NCBI GenBank assembly: GCA_023261595.1
Contig: JAHFOQ010000002.1
Coordinates: 1 to 52,156, forward strand
DNA: 52,156 nucleotides
Direction: 5' to 3'
Source: a bacterium
GTDB lineage: Bacteria; Patescibacteriota; Saccharimonadia; CAILAD01; BJGX01
Numbering within the stretch: position 1 is the first letter of the stretch; each line of letters starts with the position of its first letter. The notes under the pieces were generated by a model that worked only from the letters and a program-made list of their open reading frames with translations, was not told the origin of the DNA and made no database searches. Below are positions 1 through 8,434 of this stretch, one piece after another. The position numbers and the translations under genes were made by a program.

Positions 1-2
1 AA

Positions 3-92
3 GGTGACAAGGTAGAGATTAAAGGTTTTGCAGGTATCGATGAAGCTACCAAGATCTTTGATGAGTGTGTAGAGCGCTATAACAAAAAATAA
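3..92 (+). CDS. 3' end of an upstream CDS (partial, product unknown)
   Basis: The frame is open from the window edge to TAA at 90-92 (…GDKVEIKGFAGIDEATKIFDECVERYNKK*). There is no recognisable domain in 29 aa. Confidence 0.3.
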   Translation, partial: GDKVEIKGFAGIDEATKIFDECVERYNKK

Positions 93-139
93 TCTTTGTG
101 TTACAATCTGAGGGTCACACCAAGTCTAAGGGGGCTAAG

Positions 140-553
140 GTGAAGATCTTTGTATGTTGTAGCAAAACATTTTATCCAAAAGTAGGACCAATCAAGCACC
201 AATTAGAGGCGATGAATCATACCGTAACCTTACCAAATAGTTATGACAATCCCGGTCGTGAAGTTGAAATGCATTCAGCAGGAGCAAAAGAGCATGCCCA
301 GTGGAAGGCCAGTATGATTCGTCTACAAAAACAGAAGGTTGAAGTGTGTGATGCAATATTAGTGCTAAACTTTACCAAGAATGATCAACCAAATTACATT
401 GGTGGAGCGACCTTTTTAGAAATGTATATGGCATTCGAGTTGCATAAGCCAATTTTTCTCTATAACGATGTACCCGATGGGATGTTGCGAGATGAGATTC
501 TTTGCTTTGAGCCAACTGTTATTACTGGCGATCTTCATTTGGTACAGATCTAG
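140..553 (+). CDS. nucleoside 2-deoxyribosyltransferase-like protein
   Basis: ORF track gives 98..553. An in-frame GTG at 140 lies 5 nt after the RBS AAGGGGG (128-134). An extended -10 (TGTTACAAT, 99-107) overlaps the 98 start, so 140 is preferred. The N-terminal KIFVCCS strand and IGGATFLEMYMAFELHKPIFLYN resemble Nuc_deoxyrib_tr-like Rossmann proteins (from memory). Confidence 0.55.
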   Translation: MKIFVCCSKTFYPKVGPIKHQLEAMNHTVTLPNSYDNPGREVEMHSAGAKEHAQWKASMIRLQKQKVEVCDAILVLNFTKNDQPNYIGGATFLEMYMAFELHKPIFLYNDVPDGMLRDEILCFEPTVITGDLHLVQI

Positions 554-573
554 AATATCTAGATCTTTTTTTT
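546..573 (+). terminator. intrinsic terminator of the 140..553 gene
   Basis: An 8-bp stem AGATCTAG/CTAGATCT (546-553/559-566) with loop AATAT is followed by a T-run to 573. It overlaps the stop codon. Confidence 0.6.
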
Positions 574-574
574 A

Positions 575-583
575 TGCTAAAAT
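575..583 (+). promoter_or_regulatory. extended -10 promoter (TGCTAAAAT) for the GC-rich non-coding transcript
   Basis: TG at 575-576 and TAAAAT at 578-583. The predicted TSS near 590 coincides with the jump in G+C. Confidence 0.45.
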
Positions 584-589
584 TTAGTT

Positions 590-1461
590 GAGACACCGCC
601 GGCTAAATGAGATCGATCAGGCAAAAATCGGCCTCTGGTTTGTTAGCGCGATCCAAAGCAATTTGGATCGAACTGTGGTTTCAATATGACGTGTGTTGAG
701 GTGGACCAATCGGCACGTTAACACACAACCCTTAGGATGGTGCCGACTGTCCTTTGTGGTAATATGTACCTAACCCGCAAGCGTTTCGGGTTCTACAACG
801 GTTTGGCCTTACCGCAACTCGCTACTCATCATTAAAAAACTTGCACCCATCACCAATCAGCGAGAGAAAAAGCAAACGCTCCTCGACACCCGGATAATCC
901 GCCAACCGGCGGACGGGGTAATTGGTTATCGAAACAAGTGTGGTGTGTGCTTCGGCGCCCAGCGACATTGGGAAAAGCACCGCAAACTAGCTCGACGGTT
1001 TAAGCCCAGCCGATACCATCCAAGGTTAATGGGATTAGATACCCCGGCAACCAAGGTAAAGAAATGGGTACGTGGATTGTGGATCTGCAAAGACAGCCAG
1101 GACTAAGGCTTAGAAGCAGCCTAAGGTTGAAAGAGTGCGTAACAGCTCACTGGCCGAGTAAGTCCGCGCCACCGCACATAGATGTCTTGGCGGTGCCGGA
1201 GACGTGCGCCGAATTGGCTTTAGGGCCCACCATGCATCAACTCCACTGCCAGCAGCCGCGGTAACAGTAGTGTAGGGTGGAGGGCTGTGCCAAGCAGCTT
1301 GCCACCATATTCTGCCTTGGCCCGTGCGCAAGCACCACGCTGAAAGGGCAGAAAACTAATAGCGGCAGGATGAAGGCCTTCGGGCTGTAAACTGCAACAA
1401 CGCCGGTGTGGCGGACAGAGACGGATTCCGACCCCGTTTCTGTCCGCCCTCCGGTTTTTTT
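590..1461 (+). ncRNA. large GC-rich structured non-coding RNA candidate carrying rRNA-like segments (unclassified)
   Basis: About 55% GC against about 35-40% in the flanks. It is bounded by the promoter at 575-583 and the terminator at 1403-1461. It contains only short, overlapping ORFs without RBS. Structure signals: a GCAA-tetraloop hairpin at 649-670, UUCG hairpins at 947-958 and 1375-1386, and pseudoknot topology at 691-746. rRNA-like blocks lie at 1031-1047, 1091-1169, 1247-1264 and 1372-1391. Confidence 0.6.
1403..1461 (+). terminator. strong intrinsic terminator ending the GC-rich transcript
   Basis: GGCGGACAGAGACGG (1410-1424) pairs with CCGTTTCTGTCCGCC (1434-1448). The stem is extended by CCGG 1403-1406 pairing with CCGG 1451-1454. 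T7 follows immediately at 1455-1461. Confidence 0.75.
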
Positions 1462-1513
1462 ATTTTGCGTGCGCTTTTTGTTCGCCAGCAATTATTCATA
1501 GTACAATATAGCA

Positions 1514-3667
1514 ATGAGCAAAATACTCGATGACCTTAACGAGCAACAACACCAAGCAGTACTCGCAATCGAAGGGCCAGTACTTATGCTGGCGGGCGCG
1601 GGTTCGGGTAAAACCAAAACCCTTACTCACCGCTTAGGATATTTAGTACAAGAAAAAAAGGTTAGTCCTGCTAATATATTGGCAGTTACATTTACTAACA
1701 AAGCAGCCGGAGAAATGCGTCGTCGGGTTGCTCGTTTATTACGCTTTGATGAAAATAATTCTCAATACCTGCCGTTTTTAGGTACTTTTCATTCTATTGC
1801 CAATAGAATTCTCCGTCGTGAAGCCGCTGAGATTGGATACAGTAGCAACTTTCTTATTTACGATATGTCAGATAGTCAGTCGCTGATAAAAAAAATCCTT
1901 AAGCAACTTAAAATTGATGAAAAACAAATAACACCAAGTGGAATTAGCAATGCAATTTCGAGCGCAAAAAATGAACTTGTAGGTCCAGACGAATATAAAA
2001 CTTTTGCCACTGGAAGAGTACAAGAAGCAGCAGCACAAGTATATCCCGTTTATCAGCGCGAACTTCGCAAGGCTGGAGCAATGGATTTTGACGATCTTAT
2101 TATGAAACTTACTCTCTTGCTTATAGAAAATGAAACAATTAGAGAAAAATATCAAAAACAGTTTGAATACATTCTGGTAGATGAGTATCAAGATACCAAC
2201 CAGGCACAGTATCAAATGGTTAAATTACTTGCTCAAAAGCATCATAATATTTGTGTTGTAGGAGATGACTGGCAAAGTATTTATTCTTGGCGCGGAGCAA
2301 ATTACGAAAATATTTTAAACTTCGAAAAGGATTATCCAGAAGCAAAAGTAATAAAATTAGAACGTAATTATCGCAGTACACAAAATATTTTAGATGCTGC
2401 CCATGCTGTTATTACACGCAATACATCACGATCAGAAAAGAATCTATGGACCGAGCAAGGTGCAGGAGAACAAATACATATTGTAGGAGTTCGAGACGAA
2501 CTCGACGAAGGGCGATTTGTGATAGAAACGATTAAAAACCTACAAAAACAGGATAGTAGATTAGGATTACACGACTTTGCTATTTTGTATCGCACGAATG
2601 CCCAAAGTCGTAGCTTAGAAGAAGCCTTTTTGCGTTATGGCGTACCGTATCAAATTATTGGTGGTGTACGTTTTTATGAAAGGAAAGAAATAAAAGATGT
2701 GTTGGCATATTTACGATATATTTATCAACCCAACGATGCAGTGAGCCTTGCACGAATTATTAATGTGCCCGCACGGGCTTTAGGACAAAAATCGCTCAGT
2801 GTGTTTTATGATCATGCAGCAAAATACGAACTACCATTGCTCGAAGCCATGGCTCAAGCCGGTCAAATTGATGGGTTAAGTGCACGAGCTAGCGCTAGTT
2901 TGGTGGAATTCGGAGCTATGATAACGAGCTTGGGAGAACTGAGTAAAACTGTTCCCGTGAGTGAATTTATCGATGCGGTGCTAAAACGCAGTGGGTATTT
3001 AGAATATTTAAATGACGGAAGTTTGAGCGCAGAAGAACGTGTTGAAAACGTACGCGAGCTTATCTCTGTTGCGAAAGCATATGACACGACTGGTCTAGAT
3101 GAGTTTTTGTCTGAGATATCCTTAATTGCAGATGTTGATAGCCTAAAGAACGGTGGCGAAGCAGTTGTTATGATGACACTTCATTCTGCCAAGGGCTTAG
3201 AATTCAATACTGTTTTTATCTGTGGTATGGAAGAAGGAATTTTTCCTCATAGTAGAACATTTTTTGAACCAAGCGAATTAGAAGAAGAACGGAGGCTTTG
3301 TTACGTAGGAATGACTCGCGCCAAAGAACGACTTTTCTTGTTACATGCCCATGGTAGATTATTATATGGCACAACCCAACATAACGTGCCATCTCGTTTT
3401 CTGAGTGAGATACCAGATAATTTGGTTGTGCATGACAGTAAAAATACTATCGCAAGTATGCAGTCTCAACATTCGGTTCAAACGGAATATAGTGATGATT
3501 CGTTTATGCCAGATCTGCCTAGCTTAACCTCTGGTGATAGAGTAATGCACGAAAGTTGGGGTGAAGGCGAAGTAATAAATGCGGGTGAATATGAAATTAC
3601 GGTAAAATTTGCGAGTGTAGGGCAAAAAACGCTTAATCTCAACTTTGCTCCACTAAAAAAATTATAG
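1514..3667 (+). CDS. pcrA: ATP-dependent DNA helicase PcrA/UvrD family
   Basis: 717 aa. Walker A AGAGSGKT, DEYQDT, and the VGDDWQSIYSWRGA, RNYRST, YRTN, TLHSAKGLEF and LCYVGMTRAK motifs. TACAAT at 1502-1507 lies 6 nt before the ATG, so the gene looks leaderless. Confidence 0.92.
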   Translation: MSKILDDLNEQQHQAVLAIEGPVLMLAGAGSGKTKTLTHRLGYLVQEKKVSPANILAVTFTNKAAGEMRRRVARLLRFDENNSQYLPFLGTFHSIANRILRREAAEIGYSSNFLIYDMSDSQSLIKKILKQLKIDEKQITPSGISNAISSAKNELVGPDEYKTFATGRVQEAAAQVYPVYQRELRKAGAMDFDDLIMKLTLLLIENETIREKYQKQFEYILVDEYQDTNQAQYQMVKLLAQKHHNICVVGDDWQSIYSWRGANYENILNFEKDYPEAKVIKLERNYRSTQNILDAAHAVITRNTSRSEKNLWTEQGAGEQIHIVGVRDELDEGRFVIETIKNLQKQDSRLGLHDFAILYRTNAQSRSLEEAFLRYGVPYQIIGGVRFYERKEIKDVLAYLRYIYQPNDAVSLARIINVPARALGQKSLSVFYDHAAKYELPLLEAMAQAGQIDGLSARASASLVEFGAMITSLGELSKTVPVSEFIDAVLKRSGYLEYLNDGSLSAEERVENVRELISVAKAYDTTGLDEFLSEISLIADVDSLKNGGEAVVMMTLHSAKGLEFNTVFICGMEEGIFPHSRTFFEPSELEEERRLCYVGMTRAKERLFLLHAHGRLLYGTTQHNVPSRFLSEIPDNLVVHDSKNTIASMQSQHSVQTEYSDDSFMPDLPSLTSGDRVMHESWGEGEVINAGEYEITVKFASVGQKTLNLNFAPLKKL

Positions 3668-3896
3668 CTTCTCACCTTATTTCGAACACATATTTTGTTC
3701 GAGTCAAGATTGACAAGCAGTAACCATAAACGATAAAATAGCGCTTAAGGTAAAACAAAAACAAAATCACGAGATAGTTTACTAACAAAGTGAGGCAGTT
3801 ATTTTACCGAAGTTTGATAGCGTTTCTCGTAAACGTTTTATACACAAAAAAAAGAGCAGAATAGTAAAATCGAAGCCATATACCTTCAAGCGAGGC

Positions 3897-5012
3897 TTGT
3901 TAGTATTTGGGCTTATTTTTATGTTTATTATGGTTGTGAGTAATTGGGCTAATAATCAGATTACTCCTCCATCCGATCAAAAGGCCTTTGCAGAAGGTCA
4001 AAACCTCGTAAGTGTATATTATGACGGCAACAAGAAAACCGTTGCTACATCTGCAAATACTGTAGGAGAAGCACTCCAGAAGATGGGCGTATCACTTGGC
4101 CAGGGTGATGTTGTTGAACCTGCTGCAGACCAGCCATTGAATGAAGCTGTAACCAATATTAATGTCTACCGTGCCTTCCCTTATGTTATATATGATGGAA
4201 ATAAGAGAATACAGACACTTTCAGGATATCGCAGCCCACGAAGAATTATCGAGCAGGCGGGAGTAAAAATTTATCCAGAAGATGATATTACAACGGATCG
4301 TATCGATCAGTTTGGAGCTGCTGGATCGGTTGGAGAAAGTATTCAGATACATAGAGCTACACCTGTTAATGTAGTGTTAGCTGGTAAGACATTTGAATTT
4401 CGTACTCATAAGAACACAGTAGGTGAACTTTTTGCAGAAAAAGGTTTAGAAATTAAGCCTACAGACGGGTTAAATGAACCGCTTACCGCAACACTAAAAT
4501 CAGGAATGCAAATTATTGTACGTCGTCTAGCTCAACATATCGTTACCCAGCAACAAGCGATAGACCCAAATATTCAATATATTACTGACGAGACGAAACC
4601 AGTAGGCTTTAGTCAGGTAAAAGATCCAGGAGCACCAGGTTCTCAAACACTCAGCTTCTTAGTGACTGATCAAGACGGTGTAGAACAGAGTCGCCAATTA
4701 CTAGACACACAAATTACCTTGCAGCCCCATACTAAAGTTGTAGTTATCGGCCCGTCAACTCTTCATTCTGGTAATAGTCTTTCTGACGGTTGGGCTAAAC
4801 TACGTCAATGCGAATCAGGCGGAAATTATGCCAATAAGAGAAATCCAATCTATCGAGGAGCCTACCAATTCGACTTTTCTACCTGGGGTAACTACGGTGG
4901 TTATCATGATCCAGCCGATGCTCCACCTGCCGTACAAGATGCAAAGGCTCAAGAAACCTATGCTCGACGTGGTGCAAGCCCATGGCCACTTTGTGGAAGA
5001 TTCTTGCGCTAG
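3897..5012 (+). CDS. RpfB-like peptidoglycan hydrolase (3x DUF348 + G5 + Rpf transglycosylase-like domain)
   Basis: 371 aa. The C-terminus WAKLRQCESGGNYANKRNPIYRGAYQFDFSTWGNYGG is the Rpf lysozyme-like motif. Upstream are repeated DUF348-like modules and a G5-like segment. The listed TTG start truncates a TM helix. The in-frame upstream sequence back to 3801 encodes a basic segment (…KKKSRIVKSKPYTFKRG), so the true start may lie upstream or be non-canonical. Confidence 0.75.
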   Translation: MLVFGLIFMFIMVVSNWANNQITPPSDQKAFAEGQNLVSVYYDGNKKTVATSANTVGEALQKMGVSLGQGDVVEPAADQPLNEAVTNINVYRAFPYVIYDGNKRIQTLSGYRSPRRIIEQAGVKIYPEDDITTDRIDQFGAAGSVGESIQIHRATPVNVVLAGKTFEFRTHKNTVGELFAEKGLEIKPTDGLNEPLTATLKSGMQIIVRRLAQHIVTQQQAIDPNIQYITDETKPVGFSQVKDPGAPGSQTLSFLVTDQDGVEQSRQLLDTQITLQPHTKVVVIGPSTLHSGNSLSDGWAKLRQCESGGNYANKRNPIYRGAYQFDFSTWGNYGGYHDPADAPPAVQDAKAQETYARRGASPWPLCGRFLR

Positions 5013-5054
5013 AATCTTATCCCGCGAGTATGCACGTCGTGGTACAATCTTTGC

Positions 5055-5846
5055 ATGAAGATTAAAGCTAATAAAGCATTTGGCCAGCATTGGTTGCGTG
5101 ACAAAACCGCCTTATTTGATGTGTTAACAGCAGCCGAAATTACCAAAAATGACACAGTTTTAGAGGTTGGCCCTGGTCTTGGTACATTGACCGAAATTTT
5201 GTCTGAATCTGCAAAAGAAGTAATTGCGGTGGAGGCAGATACGAAACTTGTCGGGCCTTTAAGGGTGCAGTTTTTTCAAAAACCAAATGTTACTTTTGTA
5301 GAAGCAGACATTCTTAAATTTGATCTTACAACGTTGCCATCTCAGTATAAGGTGGCAGCAAATATACCGTATTACCTTACCTCTAATTTAATTCGGACAT
5401 TGTTAGAAGCGAGCAACCCTCCGCAGGTTATGGCGCTACTAATTCAGAAAGAAGTTGCTGAGCGAATTACTGCAAAGCCTGGTCAAATGTCAGTCTTGGC
5501 TTTTTCTGTTCAGTATTACGCAGCTGCTCAGATAATTCGAGTTGTTGGTAAAGAGCTGTTTGATCCACCACCCAAAGTAGAATCAGCAATTATACAAATT
5601 ATCCGTCGCCCACAACCAGCATTTGAAGCAGATAATGAAAAGCTATTTAAATTAGTAAAAGCTGGGTTTGGTGAAAAACGCAAAATGTTACGTAACTCGC
5701 TAGCAGGTGGTTTGCAGTTAGAAACCAATCAAGTTGAAGGGTTATTGAAAGAATCTGGTTTGTCAGCAACTGCTCGTGCACAAGAGCTTAGTTTGGATGA
5801 TTGGCATCGATTGTATAGTAGTTCTTTAGCTTTACAGGTTCTCTAG
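5055..5846 (+). CDS. rsmA: 16S rRNA (adenine1518/1519-N6)-dimethyltransferase RsmA/KsgA
   Basis: 263 aa. FGQHWL, VLEVGPGLGTLT, ANIPYY. An extended -10 TGGTACAAT ends 6 nt before the ATG. Confidence 0.9.
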   Translation: MKIKANKAFGQHWLRDKTALFDVLTAAEITKNDTVLEVGPGLGTLTEILSESAKEVIAVEADTKLVGPLRVQFFQKPNVTFVEADILKFDLTTLPSQYKVAANIPYYLTSNLIRTLLEASNPPQVMALLIQKEVAERITAKPGQMSVLAFSVQYYAAAQIIRVVGKELFDPPPKVESAIIQIIRRPQPAFEADNEKLFKLVKAGFGEKRKMLRNSLAGGLQLETNQVEGLLKESGLSATARAQELSLDDWHRLYSSSLALQVL

Positions 5847-5871
5847 ATTAGGTACAATATCTATATCTGTA

Positions 5872-6381
5872 ATGTCTGAAAGGGAGACGGAAATGAAAGA
5901 GCTGAATATTTATCAGCTTGTACCTCAACATTTTAGTAATGAATCTCATCCACGCGGCCGTTTAGAAGAAAATCTACTTACTTTATTCTCACAGCTTATA
6001 AGTAATGTGAATATTAATCATATTAACTCCACAGTATGTAGTGATAGCTCCAAGCTTATTGTGGCCGAAATTGATAGAAAATATACCAATAGAGGAACAG
6101 TATTTGGTGAAATTATCGGTACTGCGACTTTAATAATAATGAGTACACCTCATGGTCCAGTTGGTTATGTACATGATGTGGTGGTAGATGAGCAACACAG
6201 AGGCAATGGTATTGGTCGAAAGTTAATGCTAGCTATAATTGATATTGCACGTTCAAATAATCTTACTGAATTGAACTTAACGACTAATTCACAAAAACGA
6301 CCGACTGCAGAAGCCCTCTACGTCGGATTGGGATTTAAACAAAAACCCACTGGGTTTTATGTTCTAAAGCTCACACAATAA
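5872..6381 (+). CDS. GNAT family N-acetyltransferase
   Basis: 169 aa. Acetyl-CoA motif QHRGNGIGRKLM. An alternative ATG at 5893 follows the RBS GGGAG. A terminator hairpin lies at 6380-6407. Confidence 0.7.
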   Translation: MSERETEMKELNIYQLVPQHFSNESHPRGRLEENLLTLFSQLISNVNINHINSTVCSDSSKLIVAEIDRKYTNRGTVFGEIIGTATLIIMSTPHGPVGYVHDVVVDEQHRGNGIGRKLMLAIIDIARSNNLTELNLTTNSQKRPTAEALYVGLGFKQKPTGFYVLKLTQ

Positions 6382-6409
6382 CCCTAATTATTTCGATTAG
6401 GGTTTTTAT

Positions 6410-8434
6410 ATGTCACCAGATACGGCTTATGCTAAAATAAATATAATGAATAAGCACAACAGAATTATGCGATATTTGCGCGGTAGTCTCGCGATTCTTC
6501 TTGGTATACTTATTCTATTTACTGTTTTTGCCAGAACGGGGCAAGCAAGTAGTGATTTTAGCTATAATGTCGCCGTTAACTATCGGGTTACGAGCGATGC
6601 AAATACTCGTGTACAAGAAACATATAGTGTTACGAGCCATACTGCAAATAAATATCTTTCAAACATCCAGCTTTCCACACCAACTGACGATGCAAGGAAT
6701 ATTAATGTTGAATATAGCGACGGAACTAATATTCCTTTTACTACGGTAAAGAAACATACTGAAGTATCGGGCTATCCTTATGATTATGTAGAGATTGACA
6801 TTAACTTTACTCGACAAACATCTGGCGTGGGAACAACATGGAGCTTTATTGTAAGCTATGACACCTCTAAATTAGTTGAAACAAAAGGTGGAGCCCACAC
6901 TGTTTATGTACCAGCAATATCTCAAGATGTAAGTGAAAATTATTCAGTTAAGCTTACTGTTCCGGAGAGCTTTGGTACATTACACACCACAGGACCAAGA
7001 CCGGTGAATCAAAGCAGCAAGAATGGCCAGGTTACATACGAATTTAATAAGAAAGATTTAGTTGATAAGTCTCTTGCACTAGTTTTTGGCGATAGTACTA
7101 TTTATAAAATTAATTTTAACTTTCCACTAAATAATGATTCACCCATAACTCAAACTTTTACTGTTGCGCTTCCTCCAAATACTTCCGGACAAAAAATTAT
7201 CCTAAGAAGCTTAAATCCGCAACCCAAGAACACTCGGCTTGATGTAGACGGAAACATACTTGCTGACTACGACGTACCAGCTCACACACACATTGTGGTG
7301 CAAACTGATATACAGGCAGTGATTCGGTATTTAGAATATGATTTATCAAGGAGTGGTACTAAAGCACAGATTCCAAAAGAACTTGTTGCTCGTTACACAA
7401 ATTCTCAACAGTATTGGCCGGCTAACAATGCACAAATTCAAGCGAAAGCAAAAGAACTAACTGCAGGGAAAAATACTGTTGCCGAACAGGTATTAGCTAT
7501 TAACAATTACGTTATTGATACGCTGAGTTATAATAACGAAAAAATTAAATACAACATTCGACAAGGTGGATTAAAGGCATTACAAAATCCAGATAATGCA
7601 GTATGCCTCGAATACTCTGACTTAAGCGTGAGTTTACTCAGAGCTGCTGGGATTCCGGCTCGGATGCCAATTGGATATGGATATAGTGGAGATCTAAAGC
7701 AATCGAATTCTGTAACTGATTCTTTACACAGTTGGGTACAAGCGTATGTACCTGGTATTGGGTGGATGAATCTTGATCCAACATGGGGTGAAAAATTTCA
7801 TAATTTTGGTAGTTCAGACTTAGATCATGTTGCGTTTGCAATTTGGGGAGAAAGTGATGTTAACCCTGTCGCAGTAACTGCATCGGGTCGTGATGTTAAT
7901 TACCAATACGAAAACACTACTATTACTTATGAGAGTCTGCCGGCTAACATTGTACTCGACGGTAAACTCAGCGGAAGTAAATGGCAAATTTTACCATTCT
8001 TTTCTGTGGTCAAATACGACGTTGTTGCACCAACTTCAACTGCCGGCGAAGATTATATGCTCGAATCGCGTTCGGGTAATTCAAATTTTACTATTAAGCT
8101 CGGAAATCTAGCCCCACAGCAAAAAGCCACTTTTTATCGATCTGAGTTTGGATTTATGGCAGCTAATAGTGAGCTGGTTGAGTTTACTCAAAATGGTAAT
8201 ACAGCATTAATTTTGGCTACCAAAAAGTTTAGCGTAATTAATTGGACAATGTGGCTTGTACTTGTTTTGGTAGCTAGCCTTATTATCTGGAAAATGCTAC
8301 AATTAAGAACCAAAAAGGCTAAACGTTTACGCAGTGAAGAACCAAAAACGATCCCTACACTGAAAACTGCTCCAGACGAAAAAGAAGAAGTACACAATGA
8401 AGAAAACAACCCAACAAAATCAGACAAGAAGTAA
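6410..8434 (+). CDS. transglutaminase-like domain membrane protein
   Basis: 674 aa with N- and C-terminal TM helices. Cys-His-Asp core: CLEYSDLSVSLLRAAGIPARMPIGY … HSWVQAYVPGIGWMNLDPTWG. The start could instead be 6446. Confidence 0.7.
   Translation: MSPDTAYAKINIMNKHNRIMRYLRGSLAILLGILILFTVFARTGQASSDFSYNVAVNYRVTSDANTRVQETYSVTSHTANKYLSNIQLSTPTDDARNINVEYSDGTNIPFTTVKKHTEVSGYPYDYVEIDINFTRQTSGVGTTWSFIVSYDTSKLVETKGGAHTVYVPAISQDVSENYSVKLTVPESFGTLHTTGPRPVNQSSKNGQVTYEFNKKDLVDKSLALVFGDSTIYKINFNFPLNNDSPITQTFTVALPPNTSGQKIILRSLNPQPKNTRLDVDGNILADYDVPAHTHIVVQTDIQAVIRYLEYDLSRSGTKAQIPKELVARYTNSQQYWPANNAQIQAKAKELTAGKNTVAEQVLAINNYVIDTLSYNNEKIKYNIRQGGLKALQNPDNAVCLEYSDLSVSLLRAAGIPARMPIGYGYSGDLKQSNSVTDSLHSWVQAYVPGIGWMNLDPTWGEKFHNFGSSDLDHVAFAIWGESDVNPVAVTASGRDVNYQYENTTITYESLPANIVLDGKLSGSKWQILPFFSVVKYDVVAPTSTAGEDYMLESRSGNSNFTIKLGNLAPQQKATFYRSEFGFMAANSELVEFTQNGNTALILATKKFSVINWTMWLVLVLVASLIIWKMLQLRTKKAKRLRSEEPKTIPTLKTAPDEKEEVHNEENNPTKSDKK

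Noticed and set aside
1030-1400. A genuine 16S or 23S rRNA gene or a simple rRNA pseudogene. The 515F-like and 806R-like primer sites and a 23S-like block are present.
   Set aside because: The blocks are short (16-80 nt) and out of order relative to any rRNA: 16S-790, then 23S, then 16S-530, then 16S-420. Unrelated sequence flanks them, and the whole unit is only about 870 nt. It is reported as an unusual ncRNA or mosaic instead.
590-1461. RNase P RNA, tmRNA, SRP RNA, or a group I/II intron as the identity of the GC-rich non-coding segment.
   Set aside because: I could not find GAGGAAAGUCC or ACAGAAnCCGGCUUA (RNase P). There is no tRNA-like 3' end or tag ORF (tmRNA), no SRP domain IV motif, and no group II domain V or group I P/Q/R/S elements. 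The length is also wrong for most of these. A covariance-model scan is needed for certainty.
1064-1491. ORFs 1064..1264(+), 1110..1331(-) and 1237..1491(-).
   Set aside because: They overlap one another inside the GC-rich RNA-like region, lack RBS, have Arg/Pro/Ala-rich compositions typical of random GC-rich frames, and cross the terminator.
3668-3896. A c-di-AMP (ydaO-type) riboswitch upstream of the Rpf-like gene, and similarly at 25305-25620.
   Set aside because: Cell-wall hydrolase genes often carry such an element, but I could not identify the conserved pseudo-symmetric ydaO motifs in either leader.
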